Part shown: one piece after another, positions 1 through 12,385 of the stretch
Numbering within the stretch: the stretch's first letter is position 1
Layout of the letters: every line of letters begins with the position of its first letter
From: Octopus sinensis
Taxonomy: Eukaryota
Direction: 5' to 3'
Length of the DNA: 64,000 nt
NCBI RefSeq assembly: GCF_006345805.1
Contig: NC_042997.1
Location: 146,382,001-146,446,000 of the forward strand
Position numbers and translations under genes: made by a program
Notes under the pieces: model-generated
The model's input: the letters and a program-made list of their open reading frames with translations, nothing else
Database searches by the model: none
Told to the model about the DNA's origin: nothing

Positions 1-89
1 TCTGTCTAGAAATTTTCAAACAAATCAAATCTGGTGTGTGAAACTGAAATGATCTGATATAGCCTTGAATGTTCTTCTTTCATCATAAA

Positions 90-481
90 CTAGCTGTATC
101 GCCCGGCGTTGCTCGGGTTTGTTTCGACCCTTTAGAATTGGAATTTTTGAAAAGTAAAAATTTTGCATTATGTAGCTTGTTATTCTCTTTAAGTGAACAT
201 TTTTCTGGTTGAAATACACCGAAAAATGGCGACATAACAGTTTAAAAATCGTAAAAAGTAGGGATTTTCATAGAAAAAAAGCACCTTTTTTATGTAAATA
301 ATTTTTGGTGGTAATATGGTCCGATTTGAATTTTTTCTTCTACGGAATGAAGAGCAAGCCTTCTTCTATCATACTCTCAATTTTAGTCAACTTGTGCCAC
401 AGGGTCTCGGAGGAGATAGTGTTAGTTGAAGGCTACCAAACTTGCCATATACAGACAACTTCAGCTTTATATATAGAGAGA
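90..481 (-). mobile_element. Non-autonomous Helitron (complete ends)
   Basis: Minus strand begins A|TCTCTCTATATATAAAGC (481) and ends with GC hairpin CCCG-AGCAACGC-CGGG then ...ACAGCTAG|T (90); 5'-TC, 3'-CTAG, A/T target and no TSD are Helitron hallmarks. Confidence 0.8.
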
Positions 482-1428
482 TTTGATCTAACAGAGCTAA
501 CCAAGAGTTACACAAGAAGCAAAAATAACAACATCAAATGAACAAACGATAGTGGAGCACCCTAGTCTCTCGACCTGCTAGAATTACCACTATAAAACTT
601 CATAAATATGTCTGGATGATGTAATTCTGATTATTAGAATCCTTGAAACAAATACAAGATTGGTCACAGCAGGAAATCAGATCGAACACTGTAAAATTTA
701 TCATAAATGTATCTCCCAACACGTGCAGACGTCATCGAAAAGCAGGAAAGTAACGACACTGCATAAAAAATGAAGGAAAAACTATAAATGTATTTGCTAC
801 CAAATTCCCGCACAGCTACGAACACATGCTCCAGCGTTTACGAAGCATATATAAACATTTCAGTGAGAATATTCAATAACAACAATATAAAAAGAAGTGA
901 TTTTATTATCTCTCTTCTCAGCATCACAGCGCTGCATGGAATGCATTAAAACTTTTCTCGTTAATTTAGAAGCCAAAAAAAAAAAGTCAAAAATGTCATC
1001 AAAGATAAACCTAAAAAGTAATTTTAAAATGTTTGAAATACTACGATACAAAGGCCTAAAAAAAAAAAAAAAGAAACAGTTTTATGCAGCAAGACAAATT
1101 TCTCCTACAGTCTTAGTACAGAAAGTAAGCATAGTACAATGTAGTCCAAAATACATTATACCAAAGAAAAAAGACGAGATCATCAAGGTTTATAGGCTCT
1201 TGATCAAAGTCGTGTTCGATTGCAATTGACCTCAGGCCAAACAACATCAGCAATAACAACTGTAATAAGACGACGTATAAATAGACAGGAGGGTGAAAGT
1301 GCAACATTCCCACACTGCCTCTCAGCACGACATGTACGCTGGATGTGACACCATGGCACAGGAGAAACATACTCACGGTCGATGTAGTTGACTGAACTCT
1401 CTGAAGGTGGTATTCAATCATAAACACA

Positions 1429-1569
1429 GTGCATGAGTGGAATTAGTTGCTTCCCAACCACATGGTTCTGGGTTCAGTCCCACCGTGGGCAAGTATCTTC
1501 AACTGTAGCCTCTGGTTGACTAAAACATTGTGAGTGGATTTGGTAGACGGAAACTGAAAGAAGCCCGAC

Positions 1570-1570
<1 letters not shown>
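1429..1570 (+). mobile_element. SINE family A, 5' half
   Basis: Matches 5' half of the full copy at 34751 (CCAACCACATGGTTC.GGGTTCAGTCCCAC...GGATTTGGTAGACGGAAACTGAAAGAAGCCCG). Confidence 0.85.
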
Positions 1571-1601
<31 letters not shown>

Positions 1602-1948
1602 ATGTATATGTATGTATATTTATACCTTACTTTCCTTTAATTTTCTCTGTCGTTTGTACTCTGTGTAAGTTGGATGTAATAATTCTGCTTGTTCCTCCAT
1701 TACTTAGCCCGTCCGTTACGCCTCTACGTGATTAGTTGAAGGAGGAAGGGAGATGTCGGGGAGGGGAGGCATAGGTAGTGGTACTGAAATGTGTAATTTT
1801 TTTAACTGAGTATTTTTCTCTGTTACTTATCCCGTTTGTAACGCTTTCACGTGGTTAGTTGAAGGAAAAGGTGAAGAACGAAAGAAAAAGGTGAGGGAAA
1901 TAAAGGATAAAGCGAAGAGTGATAGAGAAATAAGAAGCGTGTTGTGTA

Positions 1949-2172
1949 TTACGGATTCCATGGACAGACGTTTACGGATTCCATGGACAGCGAGGCTCAC
2001 CAATGGAGAAGTTCTTAAGCAGATCAGGCCGAAAATGTCGCTAGAAGCTAGGATCACCAAGCATAGATTGGCATATTTTGGTCATATTATGCGGAGAAAA
2101 TCCCTGGAGAAGGACACCATGCTCGGAATGGTTCGTGGCAAGAGAGGAAGAGGCTGACCAAGAACCCGCTGG
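1949..2172 (+). mobile_element. RTE-clade LINE fragment, C-terminal part of ORF
   Basis: RLRIPWTARLTNGEVL...RLAYFGHIMRRKSLEKDTMLGMVRGKRGRG*PRTRW is the typical RTE/BovB post-RT segment; in-frame stop; 19-bp tandem duplication at 5' junction. Confidence 0.8.
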
Positions 2173-2361
2173 TCTTCAGAAATAACCCAATATGTTTACC
2201 ATTAATTGCGTGAAATATTCCCGCTATTTAATATAAATATCTACACATCTATACTTAAATATTCAGTCGTCAGAAAGTCTTTACTCTTTGCTTTCTCCCG
2301 CTTTGCATGTATACATATTTATATATATTTTGTATTTCATACCCAAGCTGTTATATTTAAT

Positions 2362-2625
2362 ACATGGTGGTTGTCTACTCCTTATGCAGAGTCTGACCAC
2401 CTCCTCTATATATACACCTTAGATCCATCATGCTCGTCTGATGTGGCTTTTCAAACCAGACAATGTATTGAAAAGACACCCACATAAATTGCATATCTGT
2501 TTTGGGACCACCAAGAGCTGCAGTTAATTGCTGATCTTTGAGTATCTTAAAATGTCTTTTGAGGCCTCCGTTTGATTTGCAGGCCTTATGGCATACATGA
2601 CATTGAAAGATGTGCACAGACATAT
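2362..2625 (-). mobile_element. Probable RTE-type LINE 3' end with two degenerate C2H2-like motifs
   Basis: FQCHVCHKACKSNGGLKRHF, then after a frameshift ICNLCGCLFNTLSGLKSHIRR*; resembles CxxC...GLxSH C-termini of RTE ORFs; bordered by microsatellite. Confidence 0.55.
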
Positions 2626-2699
2626 AGGCAGAATATACTAATGTATGTATATATATATATACATACATATATATGTGTGTGTGTGTGTGTTTGTACCTG

Positions 2700-2892
2700 T
2701 GTTTATCTCCCCATCACCGCTTGAGAACCGTTGTTTACGTGTTTACGTCCCTTGGCGATTCAGCAAAACAGACCGATAGAATAAATACTAGGGCTTAAAA
2801 GATAAGTCCAGGGGAGGTCGATTTGTTCGACTAAAACCCTTCAAGACTGTGCTCCAGTATGACCGCAGTCTAATGAGTGAAACAAGTAACAA
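2700..2892 (+). mobile_element. SINE family A, 3' half
   Basis: GACCGATAGAATAA...GTGCTCCAGTATGACCGCAGTCTAATGAGTGAAACAAGT matches the 3' half of the copy at 34751-35136. Confidence 0.8.
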
Positions 2893-3285
2893 AATAAAAA
2901 AATATAAAAGAATGAGGTTAAACGAGACTAAAAATAAAGATTAAAACTATGTAAACAAACCTCGGTTAACGTTTCTCACGTTGTCCATGTGAAACGAAGA
3001 AATAAAGACGAGAAAACGCAGTAGGAACGAGGAAATAACTATGATATAAAAGAAAAAAAATCAACCAATAGAATTAAAGAACAAAAGACGAAGGAAGGCG
3101 ACTATATGTAATCGGTAGCAGGTAAATTCTCCTCGTATCACAACCTGCCGACTTAACAAAAGAAGGACACTTTTGTTAATGTGGTCGGAGTTATAAATTA
3201 TGTCTAAATAAAAGTAAGCGACGAGATGCTCATAGCTGGAACCCTTTTCAGTATAGGTAAGCCTCCTCAATCAGAACTGACGTAA

Positions 3286-3489
3286 CATATATGCATATAA
3301 ATATACAGAACGTATGTGTGTGTGTGTGTATACCATTTACGTGTATATGCATATGTACATATATATATATATATATATATAATATATATATATATATAAG
3401 AAAAAAGCAAAAGTGTATGTATATATACATATATACATATACATATAAATATATACATATACATATATATATATATACATACATATATA

Positions 3490-3522
<33 letters not shown>

Positions 3523-3623
3523 ACATAAACATATACATATATATATATATATATACATACATACACATATATATATGTGTGTATATATATATATATGTAT
3601 ATGTATATATGTATATGTATATG

Positions 3624-3673
<50 letters not shown>

Positions 3674-3692
3674 ATATATATGTATGTATATA

Positions 3693-3750
<58 letters not shown>

Positions 3751-3800
3751 GAAATATGTTACAAAAAGAAAATATAAAATATAAAATATATATATATATA
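3286..3800. repeat. Compound (TA)n/(TG)n/(CATA)-type microsatellite
   Basis: Direct reading; source of the YIYI ORFs. Confidence 0.95.
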
Positions 3801-4868
3801 ATTATTATTTCTAAATCTCTCAAAGAGAGATATTCAGTAACAGTTCTTTAAAGAGGGTGTCCTGGAAATGACGATTGTTACTGTTGTTTAGCCCCAGGTA
3901 ACATCGTTTCCAGCTGGCTATACGACACAATATCTGTAAGTAAAACAGAGATGTATCAAGCAAGTCTATGTTCAATCGATGTTACAAACATCATCTGTTC
4001 GAGTCAATTAGCTGGTCTATGTTTGCCGATCGACCTGCAAGTAATAACAGCATCGGTCTGAGTTGCCCTCCAGCCACCACCACAAAGTTGCGCTGTGTCC
4101 TTCTTCTGTCTTCTGAACCACTACTATACCGGCCTTAGCTCCTTGGGGCTCGTTAGCTTTATGTCACTTACACTCAGAAGAGATCCGATTCATCTCTCTT
4201 CTTCTCAATCATACATGTACGAATTACTATGGTTATTACTCCTTCGTCCAAAGGCCATTCCTCTGAAATTTCCTTGTCGCTTATTTCTTTCCAACATGTG
4301 TAAACATTAGTTTTATCAATCTCAGTGGCTTATGAGGGCTTTTAAGGCCTAGGGCGTCGCTCTTACCTCTAACTCCAGCAAGAGAACAGAAATAAAAATA
4401 GAAAGAAAAAGAAAAGTGAAAACAAAGATGACACCTAGAGCTGTCCTTAAAGAAAAACTATGACAGTTACATTGGATTATGTAATCCTAGATACACTATA
4501 CCTAAATATAATATTAGTTGCTCATTAGCGGAATGTCTTTGATCATAAGTTTGCCTGAAGTCACAAGCCTTATTCGGGACCTAAACAAGAGAGAAACGAC
4601 GACGACAGCGGTAACAATATTTACTGTGATGACGACAACAACGGCGACATCAACACCAACCAATGAAATAAGGACATAAATAATATAACATAAATAATAT
4701 AGGGAAGAATAGAGAAATGGCGCATGAGCTAAGTGTAAGGAAAACTGATGTTACACTTTGACGGTAACAACATCGTCAACTGAGAAACTAGTTTAGAAAG
4801 GGATGTGAATAAATAAAGAATACAGGTGTTCTTAAAAGTGCAAAACAGTGGTTTTCTACACAACGCTT

Positions 4869-4869
4869 T

Positions 4870-4934
<65 letters not shown>

Positions 4935-4946
4935 ACATACATATAC

Positions 4947-5019
<73 letters not shown>

Positions 5020-5038
5020 TATACATATATACATATAC

Positions 5039-5111
<73 letters not shown>

Positions 5112-5156
5112 ATATATACATATATACATATACATACATACTTATATATATGTATA

Positions 5157-5228
<72 letters not shown>

Positions 5229-5390
5229 GTACATACATACACACCGAAATGTGGTTAAAAATGAATGAACACAAAAAAATAATTTGCGAGAGAAAACAAA
5301 GAAGTGTACGTGAAACACGGGTAGCTCTTTTCCTTTTGCGTATGCTGTTCTCCCTAAGTGACATGTATTTAAGCTATATATATACATACT

Positions 5391-5483
<93 letters not shown>

Positions 5484-5505
5484 GATAGATAGATATATAC
5501 ATATA
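4869..5505. repeat. (TA)n arrays plus (GA)n tract
   Basis: Direct reading. Confidence 0.95.
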
Positions 5506-6196
5506 TAGACACGAGTGTACGTCTATGTTTTTGTCTGTGTGTAAATGTGTGTGTAAGCGGGGTTTTGTGTGCGTGCGTAAGTACCCCACTGGTTACTTTG
5601 CCCCTGCGTATGTGTACGCGCCTATATGAGTTTGTGCATAAACTTGCCTTTGGAAGAACACTGACTGCGTTTATGCGATGCAGTGTGCTCCCTGTTGTTG
5701 TGTGTGTAAGTGATAGCTTTATTTTTCTATTTAATTTTAGTGAATGCGTGTATGTGTGTATGTGTGTGTGTTTAATGCGCATAGTATGTGTGTTCTAGTT
5801 GTGTGATTTGTGTGTGCCTATGTATGCGGTTTGTGTGAAAGTGTTATGTGCGTATGTATGTATGTCTGTGTGCGTTGTCGTGTTAAGGAGCGAAGACAGA
5901 AAGAATATGAAGAATAAAGAAAGTATGCAATAAAGAAAGAAAGAAAGAAAGAAGAAAGAAAGAACGTGAGAAGAAGAAAAGGTGAAAGAAGAGGAGAATG
6001 AAAGAGAGAGAGAGTGAAAGAGAGAGAAGAGATGGAATGGATGAGAAGAGAGTGAGAGAAAGGGAGAGAGAGAGAAAGAGAAAGAGAGAGAGAGAGAGAG
6101 TGTGATGCAGAGGTTGTGTTGTACGCTGTGGTAACCAGAGAAAAATAAATTGAATCACGTATAAATACCGTTGTGAGCATATCTCTAATCATTTAG

Positions 6197-6735
6197 ATAG
6201 TGGTGGTGGCGGTGGCTGTAGTGGTAATGGTGGTGGTGGTGGTGTTGGTGGTGGTGGTGGTGGTGTTGTTGTTGTTGGTGGTGGTGGTGGTGGTGGTGGT
6301 GGTGGTTGTGGCGGTGGCAGCGACGGCAGTGGTTGTGAAGGGGCGGATTGATGTAGTGTACGTAGCATGTAAGTACAATGAGAAATGGGCGGAGACCATT
6401 CGGGTGGAAAATGGAATTGATGAAGACGGGGACGACGACGACGATGATGATGATGATGAGGAGGAGGGTGACGGTGATGGTGGTGGTGGTGGTGGTGGTG
6501 GTGGTAGTGGTGGTGGTGGTGGTGCTGCTGCTGCTGCTGATGCTGCTGACGATAGTGTTGCTGACGATGACGATAATGTCGGCGGTAGTTGTGGTATGAT
6601 AATGGTGAAGGAGGAGGGGAAGAAGGAGAAGAAGAAGAAGAAGAAGAAGAAGAAGCAAAAGCAGCAGCAGCAGCAGCAGAAGAAGAAGAAGAGAAGAAGA
6701 AGAAGAGGGTGAAGAAGGAGGGAGAAGGGTAGTAC
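6197..6735. repeat. GC-rich island of consecutive trinucleotide repeats (GGT, GTT, GAC, GAT, GAG, GCT, GAA, GCA)
   Basis: Direct reading; flanked by purine-rich tracts (5885-6100, 6940-7080). Confidence 0.9.
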
Positions 6736-7280
6736 AGAGAGAGGATAACGACCTAAAGAGAAGAGGTGAGGAATGCATAATAGAAAGAGAGAGAGAGCAT
6801 GTGTATGTGAGTGTATGTGTGTGTGTGTGTGTGTGTGACGGAATGGCTGCACCGTTGATAAAATAAAGTAGATAAATTTTATTTTAAATACGTAAAAGTT
6901 TTATATCCCTGAGCGGAGGCTGTAAATGAATGATATACGCGAAGAGAAAGTAAGAAAGGAGGAATAAAGAAACACTAAAAAAGAAAGAAAAAAAGAGGGA
7001 AAAAATGAAGAGAAAAAGGAAAAGAAAGAAAGAAACTAGCGAAGAATAGGAAAGAAAAAAGAACGAAGAAGAAACATGCAAGCAAATAAACAAATAACGA
7101 AATGTAGATATCACTCACGTACATATATATAGTATGCATATACATACATGAACAAGTAAACACACACACACATACGCACACATGTATATGTATATACATA
7201 CGTGCGTATGCATATACACATATGCAGATGAGAGTGTAAATGTGAAGAATCGGACAAAATAAGTTATCAAGAAATATAGA

Positions 7281-7325
<45 letters not shown>

Positions 7326-7396
7326 CCATGTTGATTCGCTAGCCTCTGCACGCATATTTTTTTTCTCTCCTTCTTTCTGTATTTTTTCTCTGGGTA

Positions 7397-7434
7397 TCTT
7401 TCTGTTGAAGAGCGTAGGCTCGAAACGTTAAAGA
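7397..7434 (+). ncRNA. Minimal type I hammerhead-ribozyme-like motif (variant core CUGUUGA) in a probable Penelope-derived repeat (~7325-7562)
   Basis: TCTTT-CTGTTGA-A-GAGC(GTAG)GCTC-GAAA-CG-TT-AAAGA: stem I TCTTT/AAAGA, stem II GAGC/GCTC, GAAA core; one core substitution versus CUGAnGA. Confidence 0.6.
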
Positions 7435-7963
7435 CTTGCTTTATTTATATTTCCTGAGCGCCATACTAATACAATTGTTTGTTTGTATTCCACCTGCCTT
7501 CGTCTTTTGTTTATTTCCGTAAACCTGCCTTTGTCTTTTGTCTATTTTCATAAAGCTTCCCGTTATATATATATATATAAGACTAATATATATATATATA
7601 CATACACACACACTCACACATATATATTGTAGAGTGAAGGTTACGTTTCGTAGTTACAGGATAATCGTCAGCAGAATAATGGGTGCATGCTGAAATCATT
7701 GCCTTTATACACTTTGATTATCTTAAACATTGATACTCTGGTTAGAGGAAAATGGAAAAGAAGCGAAGCGAAACGACTCAGAGTGAATTTAAATGAGACG
7801 CTTAAAATGTCACACTAAAACAGCAAATATATATGTGTGTAAACTTCCCACAAAGTGAACGGTTAATTAATAGATTAACAATCATTAAAAGTTTTTTTAT
7901 AAAAATATTCTAATTAACGCATAAATGAAGTAAACAATTGGATCTAAAAAAATTATATATGAC

Positions 7964-8002
<39 letters not shown>

Positions 8003-8025
8003 TATTATATATATATATATATATG

Positions 8026-8322
8026 CCAAAACAATTGAGTGACCCGCAACACATGGATATAGAGGTCTTCCAATCAAAACTCGACACTTTCCTGTCCACG
8101 ATACCAGACGAACCGATGGCTTGAAATGAGACACCGTTGAGGGCAGTGATGTCAAATTCTCTTATACACCAGATGTGCCATCGAAAGTGTTGATTCGACT
8201 ACATCAGGTGGCGGAGAAGAGCCATGCAAGGAACGTGCAGAGAGCTCAGCATAAGGAGGGAAAGTCATGGTGGTGCTCCAGCACGACCGCAGCTACTTGG
8301 CTGAAACGCATAAATAAATAAA
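8026..8322 (+). mobile_element. CR1-like LINE 3' end (ORF2 C-terminus, 3' UTR, (TAAA)n tail)
   Basis: PKQLSD..MDIEVFQSKLDTFLSTIPDEP..*..RAVMSNSLIHQM (FKxKLDxFLxxIPDEP...NSL pattern); ends GGTGCTCCAGCACGACCGCAGCTACTTGGCTGAAAC(TAAA)n. Confidence 0.7.
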
Positions 8323-8718
8323 TATATATGTATGTATATATATATATATATATATATCTGTGTGTGTGTGTGTGTGTGTGTATGTGTGTGTGTGTATGAG
8401 CACAGGACGTTACAAACATGAACAACAAAATAAATACGAAGTACGAGTACATGGAATATGAACTATTTTTTCGAACAACGAAAGACACATAGTGAAAACA
8501 AACAGGAAGAGCTGCTAAGCCTAAACGAGGTTGTGATATATATGTATATGTATATATACATATACATCCACCTATATATGCGTACACTTGCATAGTGATG
8601 CATATATATAAATATATATCAAATGATGTGTGCATTTCTTTTTAGTCGTATGGTGAAACTAGCTTGCTGTTATCATTGATGTATTACAACTGCTTCAGAT
8701 GATTCCTGTTTTTAAAGG

Positions 8719-8856
8719 TTTTTTTTTAACCCCGCCAAGGAGGTTATGTTTTTGCCGGCGTTGGTTTGGGAAATTGGGCGATTTTCAGCATGCGTGTATA
8801 TGGGTGGAAATGAGCTGCTTGGCGGGGGTCTGCGCTCTCCGAGTGCTTTTCTAGTT
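8719..8856 (+). mobile_element. Minimal Helentron-associated non-autonomous element (HINE/DINE-like)
   Basis: T-run, sub-terminal IR CCCCGCCAAG (8730-8739)/CTTGGCGGGG (8818-8827), 3' hairpin GCGCTC-TCC-GAGTGC, end TTTTCTAGTT in a T-run. Confidence 0.75.
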
Positions 8857-9235
8857 TTTTAAGGTTTCGGTTAATTTTTCGAATTTTCCTTTTTAAATCA
8901 CACTTTAAAATACGGATTTCGAATTCTTTTCTTAAATCCCAGCAATCGACCATTAAATATGTATGGGGAGAAAGGTACTGAAAAACATCAATACGTCAGA
9001 CTAACAAACAAACGAGGAGAATATGCGTTGGTCATAAGATATGCTAAAAATGACAGCTAAATAGGCTTTAAATCAGGCGCCAATTTTTTTTTTTTTTGCA
9101 TAATTGAATGAATCCCCGTGTACAAAACAAATTCGCAAAATTTTTCTGAAAATCCCCCAAGGTTAAATGGCGTGCGTAACGCAGAATTCTGCCAAATCAT
9201 GTGTCTTTAACAACAATTAGCAAGTCTACTTAGCG

Positions 9236-9415
9236 AGGTTGGAAGCTGGCAGAATCATTAGCAAGCCGAGCTCAGTGGTATTTCGTTTGAGGTCAACTTA
9301 GCTTTTCATAATTTCGAACTCGATATGATAAGAACTAGTTGAACACCATGGTCGATGTAATAGACTTACCCATTTCTTCTAAATTACTGGCCTTTTGCCA
9401 CAATTTGTAACCAAT
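9236..9415 (+). mobile_element. SINE family C, diverged
   Basis: AGCTGGCAGAATCATTAGCA...GGTCGATGTAATAGACT...GGCCTTTTGCCACAATTTG. Confidence 0.75.
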
Positions 9416-9684
9416 ATATATACTTAGAAATTCTCTCGTTTATAATTCGGCGAAAATTATACTCTGAGGAAGCTTACGCTTCGCTGAAGAAGTCTAATAA
9501 AACCAAAGACTGTCCAAAATTCTCCGTCGCGATTGCTTAAATGATTACAACGTCATTAATCATTGAGCTCATATTGTCTTGTTGTCACTGCATTTGACAC
9601 ACTCAAATTAAATTGCGTTTATCAAAACCACAAATTTGTAAAGTTTTCCTTATATCTTCAGATTTATTTTTATTTTATTTATGC

Positions 9685-9945
9685 GCCCTTTTCAAGCCCA
9701 GCCAGGCTCATGGGCTCGGTTTCCCGGTTTCTGTGGCGTATGTGTTCCCCCATAGCTGGACGGGACGCCAGTCCATCGCAGCGTTACTCAAGAAACAGGA
9801 AGAAAGTTGGGACGAAAGACTATAACAGGGGTCACCACAACCCCCTGCCGGAGGCTGGTGGAGTTTGGGGTGTTTTCGCTCAATAAACACACACAACGCC
9901 CGGTCTGGGAATTGAAATCGCGTGTCTGCTGCCCTAACCACATTC
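9685..9945 (-). mobile_element. SINE related to family B (tail type i)
   Basis: Reverse complement has tRNA-like B box (GATTTCAATTCCCAGACCGGGCGTTGTG) and tail GCGATGGACTGGCGTCCCGTCCAG...AGAAACCGGGAAACCG as at 12540-12600. Confidence 0.7.
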
Positions 9946-10511
9946 AGATTATCATTTGAAAAAAACACCTTTGCGTAGTGCTGCTGGTAATACATTTTGT
10001 ATATATATGCTTTGTATATATATGCACTCATCGGTGTATTTATATATGCGTCTACGTATACGTGTATTTTACATATGTGTATAATATGATATATATGTAC
10101 ATATATACATATATACGTATATATATATATATATATATATATCGTTTCTTTTATGCAAAAGTGTCTAAGTCCAAAACGTTGCTTTTTCAGTTGTGTCTGG
10201 GGAGAGTCATTCTCTTTTGGTGCCTTATGTTTAACGCACTCACCGGTAAAATTTCTACTTATTTCCTTTTTATTTTTCTAAAATTTTCGTTGCCTCTTGC
10301 AACCTTTTCAATAGTTTTGACTCTGCCCCTTACTCACACTGCATTCCTTTTTGTTTGTTTGTGCGCATGTATGTGGTTCAGTGTGTGTGTATTTTGCAAC
10401 TTTGTATCGTGCTTGTAAGTATGGATGTGCATCTCCATATATGTGGACGTGTGCCTCCATGTGTGTCTCTATATGTTTGAACACACATACATGCATACAT
10501 ACATACATACA

Positions 10512-10573
<62 letters not shown>

Positions 10574-10792
10574 TCACCAAAATGGAGAAAATGTTACCAA
10601 ATGAAAGCACCTACATCGCTGGAAATAAGAGCTAAAACGGTCTAATGCTGTATTTAACGCATATAAATGAAAGCATATCCACTAACGTCTGAAAATTATC
10701 CATAATCGTCTGAAAAGTGCCGATCGAGAATATTTAATACTGATGCGTCAGTATATATATATATATATATATGCGTATGTATGTATGTATAT

Positions 10793-10829
<37 letters not shown>

Positions 10830-11777
10830 TTACATATATATATATTTACATATATATATATATACCGAAAGACCAGTAGGTAGCTTGGTTGATAGCTAGA
10901 TGGAGCTCTTGTTTCACATTTGCAATTTATTCCTTTATCATCACCGCTACCATCACTACTACACACACGAACAACCATAACAACGGCAACAACAGCCTTC
11001 TCTTACCTTTCATGCTCTCCTTTCAAATTGTTTCCCTTTTCATTTTCTTTTTTTTTTTGTTTTCTGTTTTCCTTACCTTCACTGATTTTCATTTCTTCAT
11101 TTTGTTTTGGTTTTTATTTATTCATTTATTTATTTATTTATTTATTTTTCAAAAAATTATTTCGATGAATGCAGGTCAAGATCAAGCAAGTTTAAAAATA
11201 AAAAGAAATCACTATCAAAGAAGACAGTCTTGCGGTTTTTATGGGCTTTTATTACATATTTTTCCCTAACAGCAGGAAGCTTCTTGTTGGTGAAGCCAGT
11301 ATGCTGCTGGGTTTTTATCACCGTTTTATATGCGTGTTTATGCGTGGTCATATGTTGTTTGTACGTTTCTCTGTGTTTCAACGTGTGGTAAAGAAGAGAA
11401 GGGTCTATTGTTGTTGTTGTTATTATTATTATTGTTATTGTTGTTGTAGGGTACGTGTGCCTATGTGCATATGTGCTTGATACTGGTTCACAACATCTCG
11501 TAGTATATGTACATATATGCATTCGCTTAGATTTCCAAACCATGACTTTTTTTTTAGAACGGGTATGGATTTGTGGATGGGAAATGACTTGAAATTTACT
11601 AGAAACAATACACGCACAAACGTAAACATATACATACGCATACAAACACACATATATACTCTCTCTCGCTTTCACACACCGCACGCACGCATACACACAC
11701 ATATACATGTCATTCTTTCTCTATATATCCCTATATATATACATACATATATATCGATATATATATCGATGTGTGAA

Positions 11778-11829
<52 letters not shown>

Positions 11830-12082
11830 CATATGTGTGTGTGTGTACATATATATATATACATATGTGTGTGTGTGTTCCTGTGTCTGTGAGTAAGTGT
11901 GTATATATCTCATCAAACTTGCAGGCGTATGTTAGTTGTTTAATTCTGAGAGTAAAGACAATGATGGACAGAAGGTTTGCGGTTTACTTTTCCATAAGGG
12001 TTGTTAGCAGATGACGGTGTAGCGACCGGTGCTGAGTTGTTCTGTTGTCAAAAACGATTGCTGTATATGCAGCCTTTATAGT

Positions 12083-12296
12083 ATTGATTTCAAATTTTGG
12101 CACAAGGCCAGTAACTCCGGGGCAGGAGGAAAGTTAATTACATCGACCTCAGTGCTCAACTGATACTTATTTTATCGACCTCGAAAGGATGAAAGACAAA
12201 GTCGATCTCGGCAGAATTTGAACTCAGAACGTGATGACGGACGAAATACCGCTAAGCATTTTGCCCAGGGTGCTAACGATTCTGTCAGCTTCCTGC
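12083..12296 (-). mobile_element. SINE family C
   Basis: Reverse complement of family C consensus (GAAAGGATGAAAGACAAAGTCGA...AATTTGAACTCAGAACG...GCTAACGATTCTG). Confidence 0.85.
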
Positions 12297-12385
12297 TATA
12301 TGTAACCTTCATGACATTACCAGAAGCACAGCTCTCATTTCAACCATTCAGGATCCATTCAGGAACCTTTACTTATCCTTTTCAT

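Noticed and set aside
4869-5230. Recurrent single-base phase shifts (TATAATATA, TATTATA) in (TA)n arrays as a pattern or code
   Set aside because: Expected from slippage or long-read consensus indels; cannot be told apart from assembly error.
6185-6852. 170-219 aa ORFs over the triplet island as CDS
   Set aside because: Homopolymer runs in several frames on both strands with no domain; a possible plus-strand AG(6196)/GTAAGT(6369) exon has a stop in its Gly frame. Kept only as a finding.
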